Source: Chthoniobacterales bacterium
Lineage (GTDB): Bacteria; Verrucomicrobiota; Verrucomicrobiia; Chthoniobacterales; Chthoniobacteraceae
DNA: 64,000 nucleotides
Direction: 5' to 3'
NCBI GenBank assembly: GCA_038227825.1
Contig: JBBRPQ010000018.1
Span: 13,675 to 77,674, forward strand
Below, piece by piece: positions 37,629 through 47,956 of the stretch (its first letter is position 1; each line of letters opens with the position of its first letter). The notes beneath the pieces are model-generated. The model saw nothing but the letters and a program-made list of their open reading frames with translations, was not told where the DNA came from and ran no database searches. Both the position numbers and the translations under genes were made by a program.

Positions 37629-38912
37629 TCAAAGCGCGACAGTTCGTCCGGGCACGGCGATGGGGTAATTGCCATCCGCATCCGGCTTCACGGGCGGGTC
37701 CATGTCCCACGACACTTTCTCCGGCATGAGCTGGAGCTTGGAATTGATAGCCTCATCCCACTCGATGAGCTTGCCAGAGTAAGTCGCCATGCGGCCCATG
37801 ATCGCCGTCATCGTGCTCATCGCGGCGATCTCGAGTTCGTTGTATGGCGTGTCGTTTCGGATCGCCTCGATGAGAGGGTAATGTTCGAGCTGGTGCCCGT
37901 CTTCGCCGGTCTTGAGCCGCATCTCCCAAGGATTCGCGCCAGTGATGCGGAACAGCTTTGATCCCACATTCAGATCCGCGCGCCCCTTCGTGCCGACGAC
38001 ATGCTCGCTCACCTCCTGATGCGTGCCTGCCTGGCCCTGCCGGCATTGGCTGAAAAGTTTCGTCCCATCCGCATACTCATACTCGACGAAGTGATGATCG
38101 AAAATCTGCCCGTGCAGAGCCTTGTCATTGCGCACCTGCCGCCCGCCCATGCCCTGCGCGCGCACGGGATGACCGCCCTTGATCCAGTTCATGATGTCAA
38201 TGTTATGGATGTGCTGATCCACGATGAAGTCGCCGGAGATCCACGTGAAATAGTACCAGTTGCGAAGCTGGTAGTGCAGCTCGTCCTCGTCTGCCAGCCT
38301 CGGCTGGCCCGCGCGCGCATTGCCGAGCCAGTAGCAAGTCATCGAAGTGATGTCGCCGATCGCCCCTTCATGGATGCGCTTCACCGTCTCGATATAGGAA
38401 GGCTGATGATGCCGCTGCAGCCCGACGCCGATCTTCAGATTCTTCTTCTTCGCCTCCGCTGCCGCTGCGAACACGACGCGAACTCCCGGAGCATCCACCG
38501 CGAGCGGTTTCTCGACGAAGACATGCTTCCCCTGCTTCACCGCCTCCGCGAGATGATACGGATGAAATCCCTGCGGCGTCCCGATGATCACAAGGTCCGC
38601 AAGCGTGATGGCCTCCCTGTAAGCCTCGAAGCCGATGAACTGATTCGCCGTCGAGACGTCCACCTGCCCAGGATGTTTTTTCTTCAGCACGCCGAGACTC
38701 TTGTCGAGTTGCTCCTGCGAAATGTCGGCCATCGCGATCAGCCGCAGCCCCTTGTCCGTCGTGAGATTCTGGCTCGCCGCGCCAGTGCCGCGCCCGCCGC
38801 AACCGATCATCGCGACTTTGATCGTGTCGGAATATTTTGCGGCAAGCGAATGCGTCGCCACGGCGATTGTTGCAGCCGTCGTGGTGGTGATGAATCGGCG
38901 TCGTGTAGTCAT
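37629..38912 (-). CDS. Gfo/Idh/MocA oxidoreductase with Tat signal
   Basis: MTTRRRFITTTTAATIAVA, then IGCGGRGTGAA and EKPLA. Confidence 0.85.
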   Translation of the reverse strand: MTTRRRFITTTTAATIAVATHSLAAKYSDTIKVAMIGCGGRGTGAASQNLTTDKGLRLIAMADISQEQLDKSLGVLKKKHPGQVDVSTANQFIGFEAYREAITLADLVIIGTPQGFHPYHLAEAVKQGKHVFVEKPLAVDAPGVRVVFAAAAEAKKKNLKIGVGLQRHHQPSYIETVKRIHEGAIGDITSMTCYWLGNARAGQPRLADEDELHYQLRNWYYFTWISGDFIVDQHIHNIDIMNWIKGGHPVRAQGMGGRQVRNDKALHGQIFDHHFVEYEYADGTKLFSQCRQGQAGTHQEVSEHVVGTKGRADLNVGSKLFRITGANPWEMRLKTGEDGHQLEHYPLIEAIRNDTPYNELEIAAMSTMTAIMGRMATYSGKLIEWDEAINSKLQLMPEKVSWDMDPPVKPDADGNYPIAVPGRTVAL

Positions 38913-38930
38913 GGTGGGATTTGGTTGGCG

Positions 38931-39977
38931 TTAAAACTTCAGCATCTCGGCGACAGGCAGTGGACGCTTTTGCCGGATGGATTCCTCGGCGACTAGGCAC
39001 AGGCCCGCGGACCACAGGCCGTCGAATCCGCTCGCGGCGGGCGGCGTGCCGTGGCGCACCATCTCGACACAGCGAGCGATTTCCGCATGCAGTTCGAAGA
39101 CCTCGCCGCTCTGCTTTTCGAGCTTCACTTCCTCCAGCTTCTCGCCGTCGAAGACTTTCAGAAATGCCACCGGCTCCAGCGTGCGATCCAGCGCACCGCT
39201 CCAGCCCGCCCACAGCGCGCCCTTCGTGCCGCTCACCTTCACGGTCTGGTGATGCTCGAATGCCGCGAGCGTCTGCGAGACGACGGCGTAGCTGCCGTTC
39301 GCGCAGCGGAACATCGCGCTGAAATTGTCAAACAGCGCGGGCCGCTGCGGGTCGCGCGAATTTGCGTACGCGTGAAGCTCGATGGGATCGCCGCTGCCTT
39401 CGAGATACCACCGCGCGAGATCGAAAAAATGAATAGGCTCCTCCAGCACCCAGCTCCCGACGCGCGTCGGATCATAGCGCCATCCGTCAGCACCGAGGCG
39501 GTAGGGTTTCCGCGAAAGCTCCACGAGCACATACTGCGGCTCGCCGATTACGCCGCGCTCGATGATTTTTTTGATCTCACCCCATTGCGACGAGAGCCGG
39601 AACTCGTGTCCGACCGCAAGATGCACGCCGTGATTCCGCGCTGCGGCGACAATGGCCTTGCAGTCCTCCAGCGTGGTCGCCATCGGCTTTTCGAGCAGGA
39701 CGTGCTTGCCGCGTTCCATCGCTGCGAGCGCGAGCGCGCGGTGCGTGTGGCTCGGCGTGGCGATGTCGATGATGTCGAAGTCTGCCTCCGCGACCATTGC
39801 CAGGCTGTCGGAGAAAATCTTTGCACCCGGATGCAGCCTGCACGCTTCCTCGCGCGAAGCCTCGGACGGCGCGGCAATGGCGACGAGCTGCGCGTCAGGA
39901 TTTCCAGCGATGGACTGCGCGTGAAATTTCCCCCAAGCGCCGAAACCGGCGAGGGCGAAGCGGACGGGCTGTGTCAT
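38931..39977 (-). CDS. Gfo/Idh/MocA oxidoreductase (cytoplasmic)
   Basis: FALAGFGAWGKFHA and LLEKPMA. Confidence 0.85.
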   Translation of the reverse strand: MTQPVRFALAGFGAWGKFHAQSIAGNPDAQLVAIAAPSEASREEACRLHPGAKIFSDSLAMVAEADFDIIDIATPSHTHRALALAAMERGKHVLLEKPMATTLEDCKAIVAAARNHGVHLAVGHEFRLSSQWGEIKKIIERGVIGEPQYVLVELSRKPYRLGADGWRYDPTRVGSWVLEEPIHFFDLARWYLEGSGDPIELHAYANSRDPQRPALFDNFSAMFRCANGSYAVVSQTLAAFEHHQTVKVSGTKGALWAGWSGALDRTLEPVAFLKVFDGEKLEEVKLEKQSGEVFELHAEIARCVEMVRHGTPPAASGFDGLWSAGLCLVAEESIRQKRPLPVAEMLKF

Positions 39978-39978
39978 G

Positions 39979-41124
39979 TCAGTGGCGAGGTGCGGTGGTG
40001 AGCGGCGTGACGGGCTCCTTCACGAGCCGTCCCTGCAACTCGTTCAACCGGCAGGCTGGCAGTTTTGGCAGGACGTATTTTGCAAACAGTTCGCACTCGT
40101 CGAGGTGCGGATAGCCGCTGATGATGAACGCGCGGATGCCCATGTCCATGTAGCGGTTCAGCTTTGCGAGCACCTGATCGGGGTCGCCCACGATCGCGCT
40201 CGCGCAGCCGCTGCGCGCGAGGCCGATGCCACTCCACAGATGCGGCTCGATGTAGAGATCCTTGCTCTGCGCGCGCAGTTCGTCCTGCCGCTTCACGCCC
40301 GCGCTTTGGCTGTCCTGCGAACGCGCTTTGATCTCCGCGCCCTTCGTGGCGTCGAGTTTTGAAATGAGACGTTCTGCAGCGGCGCGTGCCTCAGATTCGG
40401 TCTCGCGCACGATGACGTGTGTGCGGAAGCCGAAATCAATCATGCGCCCGTGCGCGGCGGCTTTTTCCGACATCACGCGCATCGTCTCCGCGATGCGATC
40501 CTCCGTCTCCGGCCACATGAGGAACACATCGCAATGCTTCGCACATAGCTCCTGCGCAGCAGGCGAGATGCCTCCGAAATACATCAGCGGCCCGCCATTC
40601 TGCTGGTAGCACTTTGCCGGCTCCGTCGTCGGCAGGGTGATGTTGTAAAACTCGCCCTTCCACTCGAACGCGCCATCCGTGCGCCACATGCCTTGCAGGA
40701 TTTGGATGATCTCGCTGGCCCGCGCGTAGCGCACCTCGTTGCTCTCCTTTGCGCCCGGCATGTCGGACGAGATGATGTTGATGCACAGCCGACCCTTCGC
40801 GATGTGGTCCACCGTGGCGAGCGCGCGGGCGAGCATCGGCGGCCAGACCTCACCCATGCGCAGCGCGATGAGTTGATTGATCTGCCGCGTCTGCGGTGCC
40901 ATCGCCGCGGCAAAGGCGAGCGCGTCCTGCCCCGCAATCCAGCCGGAGGGCAGCAGGATGTTTTGAAAACCGTGAGCGTCCGCGCAGCGCATGATCTCGC
41001 CGCAGTGTGCGTAGCTGCTGCGCAGCGCGCCATCAGGCACGCCGAGGAATTCGTAGTCGTCGCCGCACAGCGCGGAAAACCATGCGGTCTCGCAGCGGCG
41101 TTCGGGGGTGCGGATGGGGAGCAT
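39979..41124 (-). CDS. luciferase-like (LLM class) flavin-dependent monooxygenase, SsuD-like
   Basis: Start at MLPIRT. The sequence shows a TIM-barrel LLM pattern ([33 protein letters not shown]). Confidence 0.75.
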   Translation of the reverse strand: MLPIRTPERRCETAWFSALCGDDYEFLGVPDGALRSSYAHCGEIMRCADAHGFQNILLPSGWIAGQDALAFAAAMAPQTRQINQLIALRMGEVWPPMLARALATVDHIAKGRLCINIISSDMPGAKESNEVRYARASEIIQILQGMWRTDGAFEWKGEFYNITLPTTEPAKCYQQNGGPLMYFGGISPAAQELCAKHCDVFLMWPETEDRIAETMRVMSEKAAAHGRMIDFGFRTHVIVRETESEARAAAERLISKLDATKGAEIKARSQDSQSAGVKRQDELRAQSKDLYIEPHLWSGIGLARSGCASAIVGDPDQVLAKLNRYMDMGIRAFIISGYPHLDECELFAKYVLPKLPACRLNELQGRLVKEPVTPLTTAPRH

Positions 41125-41205
41125 CGGGAATGACGAATGACGGATGACCAATGGCGAGGCAAGCAGCACATCCGCGGAACGCACCTTGTAGGCGATGGTC
41201 TGCTC

Positions 41206-41296
41206 GTAGCGTTGCTCTCCAGAGCTGCGCAGATCGCGTCGGGGAGTGATGAAGTGCCCACGCCTGCAAGCGCGCAGCTCTGGAAAGCTACGCTAC
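41206..41296. repeat. 91-nt palindromic element, same family as 54294..54363
   Basis: Arms are GTAGCGTTGCTCTCCAGAGCTGCGC and GCGCAGCTCTGGAAAGCTACGCTAC (2 mismatches). The right arm closely resembles the right arm at 54338..54363. Confidence 0.6.
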
Positions 41297-41366
41297 GGCT
41301 GCCGCCGCGTTCCCGCTTGCACCAACCGTCGCGTGCTCGCATCTTCGCCGCCCTTTTTCAAAACCT

Positions 41367-43133
41367 ATGAGCCAGACCAAAGAAATCCCGTTGATGGAAA
41401 AAATCGTGAGCCTGTGCAAGCGGCGCGGCTTCATTTTCCAAAGTTCGGAAATCTACGGCGGCATCAACGGCTTCTGGGACTACGGCCCGCTCGGCGCGGA
41501 GCTGAAGCGCAACCTGCGCGACACCTGGTGGCGCGCGATGACGCGCGACCGCGAGGACGTGGTGGGCCTCGACGCGACCATCATCATGCACCCGGCGATT
41601 TGGAAGGCGTCGGGGCATGTGGACACGTTTGCGGACCTCATGCGCGAGTGCTCGATCACGAACAAGCGCGTGCGCGCGGATCACGTCGAACCGCAGAGCG
41701 GCACGGTGATGCGCTTCACGGCGGTCGAGTCGCCATCGGGCTGGCGGATGGATCGCCATTTCACGGTGCTCATGAAAAAGACCGAGCACATCGAAAGCTT
41801 CCGCAAGCGCGTGCGCGCGATGCTCGCGCAGGGTGCGGGTGCGGCTGCTGGAAAGCCCGAGGAGCTCGTCCTGCACGGCGAGGTGAAGATTGATGTGCTG
41901 GAGAACACGGTGGATTTTCACCCCGAGACCGGCGGGATGCTCACCGAGGCGCGGCCTTTCAATCTCATGCTGAAGACCTACGTCGGCCCGACGGCGACGG
42001 AGGATGACATCGCGTATCTGCGGCCCGAGACAGCGCAGGCGATCTTTGCGCAGTTCAAGAACACCGTGGACAGCACGCGCGTGAAGGTGCCCTTCGGCAT
42101 CTGCCAAATCGGCAAGGCGTTTCGCAACGAGGTCACGCCGCGCAATTTCACGTTCCGCTCCCGCGAGTTCGAGCAGATGGAGCTGGAGTTTTTCATCCCG
42201 CCGGACGAGGCGGTGCGGATCGTCCACCTCAGCGTCGCGCCGTGGAGCGAAGGCGCGGACCTTTCCTCGCCGCAGCCAAATTGGGGCTGGGAAATGTGGC
42301 ATCGCTACTGGGTCGCGCAGCGCACGGCTTACTATGCGGGCATCGGGCTCGGTTCGGACGTGCTCGACTATCACTGGCAGACAAAAGCGGACCTAGCGCA
42401 TTACGCCCGCGCGTGCGTGGACATCCTGTTCAAGTTTCCGTTTGGCACCGAGGAGCTCGAGGGCATCGCCGCGCGCGGTGACTTCGACCTCACGCAGCAC
42501 CAGAAGCACAGCGGCAAACCGCTGGAGATTTTCGACGAGGAACTCCGCGCCGCCGCCGCGAAGCTCAGCGACATGGAGCGTCACGACTTCATCGGTCGGG
42601 TGGAATTGGAGTGGGCCGACCGCGGCAAGTCGCGCGAAGAGGCCAAGGCATTCTGCGACCGGCTGCTGAAAGGCTTCTACGTCCCGCACGTCATCGAGCC
42701 GTCCGCCGGACTCGACCGCCTCGCGCTCGCTGTGCTCGCGCTCGCCTACACCGAAGTCGAGAAGACGGACGCGAAGGGCAACAAGGAGACAGTCACGGTG
42801 ATGCGGTTCCACCCGCGCATCGCGCCGAAGAAAGTCGCCGTGTTTCCGCTGCTGAAAAACAAGCCCGAACTCGTGGCGAAGGCGCGGGAGATTTACGAGA
42901 CGCTGAAGAAGCACATGGCCGCCGACTACGACGAGGGCGGTAGCATCGGCAAACGCTACGCGCGGCAGGACGAGGCGGGCACACCGTTCTGCGTCACCGT
43001 GGATTTCGACACGCTCGGCGAAAAAGGCCCGGAACTGAAGGATACCGTGACGCTCCGCCACCGCGACGACGGCTCGCAAGAGCGCGTGCCGATCAGCGAA
43101 CTGCTCGGACGCCTGCTGCCGCTGGTGAGCTAG
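41367..43133 (+). CDS. glyQS: glycine--tRNA ligase (class II, homodimeric type)
   Basis: LCKRRGFIFQSSEIYGGINGFWDYGPLG, FRNEVTPRNFTFRSREFEQMELEFF, and PSAGLDRL. Confidence 0.9.
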   Translation: MSQTKEIPLMEKIVSLCKRRGFIFQSSEIYGGINGFWDYGPLGAELKRNLRDTWWRAMTRDREDVVGLDATIIMHPAIWKASGHVDTFADLMRECSITNKRVRADHVEPQSGTVMRFTAVESPSGWRMDRHFTVLMKKTEHIESFRKRVRAMLAQGAGAAAGKPEELVLHGEVKIDVLENTVDFHPETGGMLTEARPFNLMLKTYVGPTATEDDIAYLRPETAQAIFAQFKNTVDSTRVKVPFGICQIGKAFRNEVTPRNFTFRSREFEQMELEFFIPPDEAVRIVHLSVAPWSEGADLSSPQPNWGWEMWHRYWVAQRTAYYAGIGLGSDVLDYHWQTKADLAHYARACVDILFKFPFGTEELEGIAARGDFDLTQHQKHSGKPLEIFDEELRAAAAKLSDMERHDFIGRVELEWADRGKSREEAKAFCDRLLKGFYVPHVIEPSAGLDRLALAVLALAYTEVEKTDAKGNKETVTVMRFHPRIAPKKVAVFPLLKNKPELVAKAREIYETLKKHMAADYDEGGSIGKRYARQDEAGTPFCVTVDFDTLGEKGPELKDTVTLRHRDDGSQERVPISELLGRLLPLVS

Positions 43134-43197
43134 TCCCTTCGATTGCCCGTCTTTTCAGCACGGCATTCACCGGTCCTCCATGGCGGGTCAGGTGACG

Positions 43198-43335
43198 ATT
43201 TCTGCGAAAACTTCGCGAACGTTGCCGCCTCAATGTGCGCAGGGATGTGCCGCATGAGGTTCAGGTAGTTAGGCATATCCATTTCCAAAGGCTGCTGCAG
43301 CGCGAGCCGGGTTCGTTGAGTGATGGCTGCATTTC
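43198..43335 (-). pseudogene. tgt: orphan 3-prime fragment of tgt
   Basis: The minus-strand translation PNYLNLMRHIPAHIEAATFAKFSQK parallels the intact Tgt C-terminus HFYLNLMRRIRTHIEAGTFAEFRKKF. Only the last roughly 25-45 codons are present. It lies convergent with glyQS. Confidence 0.65.
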
Positions 43336-43414
43336 TCAAGTGCCATGTGATTTCTGTGAGGTCACATCAAGGGGCATCAGGCACGCTTTGTGCATAAGCG
43401 GTTCAGCCAACCTG

Positions 43415-44998
43415 ATGAAAAACCACATTTCTCCCGCCTTTGTGGCACAGCGCGCCGGGAGTTTTTCTGAGCATGGCGGCCGCTCCGTTTCAGGCATTCG
43501 TGCCGAAACACGAAGCGATTCGGCTTTTCGGGTTTTGGAGCGAAATGCTGAGCCCGTCTCGCGGCAGGCAGGCTCTGTGGATATTCCTCTTTGCGTGGAT
43601 TGCGATGGAACCTTGATCGCTGGCGATCTGTTGATCGAGTCAGTGTTGCGGGCCGTTTTTGCGAAACCTTCGATCTTGTTTTGCCTTCCCGCTTGGCTGT
43701 TGGCTGGCAAGGCCGAGTTCAAGCGGAAGGTCGCCGGATTGACGGAATTCGATCCCGGGGCGCTTCCATATCGGGCGGAGGTTTTGGAGTTCCTGCGTGA
43801 GGAGTTCCAGCGTGGCCGGAGGCTATTTCTCGTGACAGCAGCCGAAAAGACCCTCGCTGAGAAGGTGGCCGATCATCTGGGGATATTCGAAGGTGTTCTG
43901 GCCAGTGATGGGGAATGTAATCTCAAAGGCAGTGCAAAGGCAGATCGCTTGGCGCAAATGTTCGGTCGTGAGGGATTTGATTATGCAGGAGATGCAGATG
44001 CTGATCTCCCGGTTTGGGAGGCTTCCAGGAATGCAATCACAGTTGCGAGTTCCACGGCGACACTTCGAAAGCTAGAAGCCACGAAGACCCCCATTTTGAC
44101 ATTTCCAAGACCGGAGACGTCTCTCAGCACTTGGCTGAGGCTCATGCGAATCCATCAGTGGGCTAAGAACCTCCTGATTTTTGTTCCCCTCATCACATCG
44201 CATCGTTTCAACGAGTTTGCGACTCTAGCGAACACGCTCTTGGGCTTTCTGGCATTTGGATTGATGGGATCGAGCACCTACATCCTGAACGATCTGGCGG
44301 ATATCCAAAATGACAGAAATCATCCCTCTAAAAGGAACCGGCCGATTGCTTCTGGCGAGATTGCGCCCAGGGATTCGATCGTATTTGCATTGATGCTTTC
44401 CGGGGGAGCCGCGGCGCTATGCCTTGGTCTTTCCCTGTCGTGCGTTTCGATTCTGGCATGCTACACCCTGCTTACCGTCACCTATACCTTAGCCGTGAAG
44501 CAGAAGCTCATGATGGATGTGGTCATGCTGGCTGGTTTGTATGCTATCCGCATTATTTTTGGTCACGCGTTGGGTGGCATTCCATTCTCAGTTTGGCTTT
44601 CAGCATTCGCGATCTTCACTCTATTCAGCCTTGCCCTGGCGAAAAGATATACGGAATTGATCAATCCGGCGGTGCGTAGAGCGGGTGCAACCAAAGGGAG
44701 AGACTATAAACCTGGAGATGAGGGTCCAGTGTCTCAACTTGGAACGGCGAGCGGAATGGTCGGTATCATGGTGTTGGTTCTTTATGTGAACAGTCCGGAA
44801 GTGCAGAAGCTTTACAATGAGCCGCGTCTGCTCCTGTTGTTGTGCCCTCTTTTTCTATATTGGATCGGAAGAATATGGATGCTGACCCACCGAGGTGAAT
44901 TGCACGATGACCCAGTGGTTTTTGCCCTTAGGGACCGTGTGAGTTACCATGTTGGTGGCATGGCTGTTGCAGTGCTCATTCTGGCCTCATGGTTATGA
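43415..44998 (+). CDS. HAD-phosphatase / UbiA-family polyprenyl-phosphate phosphoribosyltransferase-like fusion
   Basis: HAD motif I is DCDGT and motif IV is GDADAD. The UbiA motif reads NDLADIQNDRNHPSKRNRPIASG, and multiple TM helices follow. The start is uncertain (ATG 43415; the HAD domain begins around 43585). Confidence 0.75.
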   Translation: MKNHISPAFVAQRAGSFSEHGGRSVSGIRAETRSDSAFRVLERNAEPVSRQAGSVDIPLCVDCDGTLIAGDLLIESVLRAVFAKPSILFCLPAWLLAGKAEFKRKVAGLTEFDPGALPYRAEVLEFLREEFQRGRRLFLVTAAEKTLAEKVADHLGIFEGVLASDGECNLKGSAKADRLAQMFGREGFDYAGDADADLPVWEASRNAITVASSTATLRKLEATKTPILTFPRPETSLSTWLRLMRIHQWAKNLLIFVPLITSHRFNEFATLANTLLGFLAFGLMGSSTYILNDLADIQNDRNHPSKRNRPIASGEIAPRDSIVFALMLSGGAAALCLGLSLSCVSILACYTLLTVTYTLAVKQKLMMDVVMLAGLYAIRIIFGHALGGIPFSVWLSAFAIFTLFSLALAKRYTELINPAVRRAGATKGRDYKPGDEGPVSQLGTASGMVGIMVLVLYVNSPEVQKLYNEPRLLLLLCPLFLYWIGRIWMLTHRGELHDDPVVFALRDRVSYHVGGMAVAVLILASWL

Positions 44999-46881
44999 AA
45001 CGATTTCGCAATTGGATTGCGAAAAAATGCGAAAACCGAGTAGCCGACATCATTTCGGCACTCGTCTATGCAAGGATCCAGGGCCAGGCGGCTCAGTTTA
45101 CTGATGGACTTGCCAATCAAGTGGCAAAATTAGTGGCCGCGCAGCAGGCTCGGATGCCGGATATCCTTAGGTTGCCTATCCGCATTCTTACAGTGCTATT
45201 CGATGCCAGTGGTTTGGGTTTCTTTCTCCGAGTATTTCGCCGCCAGAATAGCGGCCAACGTTCCACGCAGGCTGCTCTTTGGCGGAATGCCATCTTCGGC
45301 CCTTGCCGAGACCTGATGCGCTTTTATGACAGCCTGATCACTCTGGCGTCGCTCGACGGAGAGACGCCCCAAGCCATCAAGCCGAATCGAGCGTACAGCA
45401 GCGCCCCGGCGATTGTCAGCAGCTCGGATTGCGAAGTCGCCGTGATCGGGTCCGGTCCTGGGGGTGCCATTTCGGGAGTGATCTGGGCAGAGGCGGGTGC
45501 GAATACCTTGATGCTTGAAGAAGGCGCAAACCTGCCGCTGGAATCTTGCAAGCCGTTTTCGATCGCTGAAATGGTGCAGAAGTACCGTCGAGGTGGCCTA
45601 ACAGCGACATTGGGAAAAAGCAAAATCGCCTATGTGGAGGCTGCGTGTGTTGGGGGAGGCAGTGAGGTGAACAGCGGGCTCTACCATCGGACTCCAAATG
45701 ACGTCCTCACACATTGGGCGGACCGCTACCGACTTGAATCTGCAGCGCTTAGCGACATGGAGCCGCATTTTGAAGCATGTGAACGCGATTTTTCGGTTTC
45801 GTATCTTCAAGGCGCGGCGCCCGGAGCATCGCTGAAATTGAAACAGGGTGCTGATGCGCTGGGATGGCGTTGTCAGGAGGTCCCGCGGTGGTTTCGCTAC
45901 AGCAAAACTGGTCCCAACGGAACGGACATTGGCAACCCTGTGTCTGGTGAGCGCCAGTCGATGACCCGTGCGATGATACCGAGATTTGTTGCATCTGGTG
46001 GCAAATTGATCAGCGAGGCCAGAGTGCTCAAGATTCACCGTGATCGGACAAGGTGGTTGCTTGATGTGAGAAGTTCCAGCGGCCAGATCGGGCGGATTTC
46101 TGCGGAGAGGGTGATCCTTTCTGCGGGGGCGATCGGGACGCCCGCGCTTCTGCAGAGATCTTCGCTTGGGAAAAATGTCGGTCGCCGGCTGCAGATGCAT
46201 CCGACTATCAAGGTTGTGGCGCTGTTCGACGAGGAAGTGAACAGCGCGGAAATGGGTGTCCCGGTTCACCAAGTGAAGGAATTCGCGCCTGGATTCAGCT
46301 TCGGATGCTCCATTAGCTCGAAACCCTACCTCGCCCTAGCGATGCTCGATCACCCGGACCATGCGCACCTCGTGGAAACAAATTGGAAACGCATGGCGAT
46401 CTATTACGCAATGATAGTGCCGGAAGGTCACGGTTCGGTGAGAGCCTTACCGGGCTTTAATGATCCGCTCGTCACATATGCTCTTTCAAACGGTGACATG
46501 AGGGCCCTCTCTCAAGCGCTCCGAAAGCTCTGCGAATTGCTCTTCGCTGCGGGTGCGCGTTCCCTCTTTCCCAGCATCACGGGCCAACCACATTTGAGGG
46601 ACCAGGATGATCTTGGCACGCTGCCTGCGTTGATTCCGCGCAGCCGAGCCAACCTAATGACCATACACCTCTTTTCCAGTTGCCCGATGGGCGAAGACCA
46701 ATCCATGTGCGTGGGCGATTCCTATGGGCGGGTTCATGGCCACGAAAGGCTCATTATCTCCGATGCAAGCCTCCTGCCGAGCGCCCCGGGAGTGAACCCG
46801 CAGGGCTCCGTGATGGCTTTTGCGCGGCGCAATGCCTTGGCGCTTGCAGGTGCGTCAAGTGCGGAAATGAGCCACCGCTGA
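44989..46881 (+). CDS. GMC-family FAD oxidoreductase with roughly 130-aa N-terminal extension
   Basis: VAVIGSGPGGAISG. The C-terminal GMC motif reads VHGHERLIISDASLLPSAPGVNPQGSVMAFA. An alternative ATG at 44995 would give an ATGA overlap. Confidence 0.8.
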   Translation: MVMKRFRNWIAKKCENRVADIISALVYARIQGQAAQFTDGLANQVAKLVAAQQARMPDILRLPIRILTVLFDASGLGFFLRVFRRQNSGQRSTQAALWRNAIFGPCRDLMRFYDSLITLASLDGETPQAIKPNRAYSSAPAIVSSSDCEVAVIGSGPGGAISGVIWAEAGANTLMLEEGANLPLESCKPFSIAEMVQKYRRGGLTATLGKSKIAYVEAACVGGGSEVNSGLYHRTPNDVLTHWADRYRLESAALSDMEPHFEACERDFSVSYLQGAAPGASLKLKQGADALGWRCQEVPRWFRYSKTGPNGTDIGNPVSGERQSMTRAMIPRFVASGGKLISEARVLKIHRDRTRWLLDVRSSSGQIGRISAERVILSAGAIGTPALLQRSSLGKNVGRRLQMHPTIKVVALFDEEVNSAEMGVPVHQVKEFAPGFSFGCSISSKPYLALAMLDHPDHAHLVETNWKRMAIYYAMIVPEGHGSVRALPGFNDPLVTYALSNGDMRALSQALRKLCELLFAAGARSLFPSITGQPHLRDQDDLGTLPALIPRSRANLMTIHLFSSCPMGEDQSMCVGDSYGRVHGHERLIISDASLLPSAPGVNPQGSVMAFARRNALALAGASSAEMSHR

Positions 46882-46882
46882 A

Positions 46883-47956
46883 ATGGCACGAATCTTTGTT
46901 ACCGGGGCAGCCGGGTGGTTGGGGTTGAACCTGATTGAAGCGTTAGCCGGCGCTCACAATGCCGATTCCGGATTGGAATCGGAGGCGTTGACGCTCTTGC
47001 TCCATTCCAGCGACTCAGAGCGTGAGGTTCGCACCAAGATGCCTCATGCGCGCATCGTTCGGGGAGACTTAACTTATCCGGGCTCGTTGAAGGACCTTTT
47101 TGCTGATGGCCGTGACGGCATCCTATTTCACATGGCCGGGATCATTCATCCGAGCCGTGTGCGCGAATTCTTCGAAATCAACCGCGACGGCACCCGGCAT
47201 CTTCTCGAAGCTGCAAAGGAGGCGGGAGTTCGCAGGGCTGTCGTCGTTTCTTCAAACTCCCCCTGCGGTTGCAATCCTCACCCGGATCATCGTTTTGACG
47301 AAGATTCATCATACCGACCGTATATGAATTACGGGAAGTCTAAAATGGAAATGGAGCAGCTTGTGCAGGAGTTTTACGAAAGGGGGGATATGGAAACGGT
47401 GATTGTCCGTGCTCCATGGTTTTACGGGCCTCACCAGCCACCGAGGCAGAAGCTCTTCTTCGAGATGATCCGCGATGGCAAAATGCCACTGGTAGGCGAC
47501 GGCCAAAATCTTCGTTCAATGGCATATACGGGAAACCTTGCGCAGGGCCTCCTTTTGGCTGCAACCAAAGCCAAAGCTGCGGGGCAAACCTACTGGATAG
47601 CCGACGAGCGTCCCTATTCAATGAACGAGATCATCGAGACTATCGAGCGTCTTCTGGAGTCTGAATTCCAGCAGAGCTGTGCTCATCGGCGTATCAAGCT
47701 GCCAAATGTGGTCAGCGACATCGCATATCTTGCTGACTTATGCATGCAGTCCCTTGGGTTGTATCATCAAAAGATCCACGTCCTTTCCGAAATGAACAAA
47801 TCGATCGCCTGCTCAATCGATAAGGCGAAACGGGAGTTGAATTACCTTCCCGTCGTCTCGCTGGAGGAAGGAATGAGACGGAGCTTGGCGGAAGTCTTTT
47901 CCACAACCAGCAACAAGAAAAAAAACTTTGAGTATGCTGGGCGCGGCACCTGTTAA
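46883..47956 (+). CDS. extended SDR, NAD-dependent epimerase/dehydratase family
   Basis: IFVTGAAGWLGLNL and YGKSK. The gene starts 1 nt after the GMC stop. Confidence 0.85.
   Translation: MARIFVTGAAGWLGLNLIEALAGAHNADSGLESEALTLLLHSSDSEREVRTKMPHARIVRGDLTYPGSLKDLFADGRDGILFHMAGIIHPSRVREFFEINRDGTRHLLEAAKEAGVRRAVVVSSNSPCGCNPHPDHRFDEDSSYRPYMNYGKSKMEMEQLVQEFYERGDMETVIVRAPWFYGPHQPPRQKLFFEMIRDGKMPLVGDGQNLRSMAYTGNLAQGLLLAATKAKAAGQTYWIADERPYSMNEIIETIERLLESEFQQSCAHRRIKLPNVVSDIAYLADLCMQSLGLYHQKIHVLSEMNKSIACSIDKAKRELNYLPVVSLEEGMRRSLAEVFSTTSNKKKNFEYAGRGTC

Noticed and set aside
43130-43339. 69-aa minus-strand ORF overlapping the glyQS stop.
   Set aside because: Only a roughly 25-residue stretch is Tgt C-terminus-like and the rest is non-protein-like. 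I interpret it as a gene relic (pseudogene) rather than a functional small protein.
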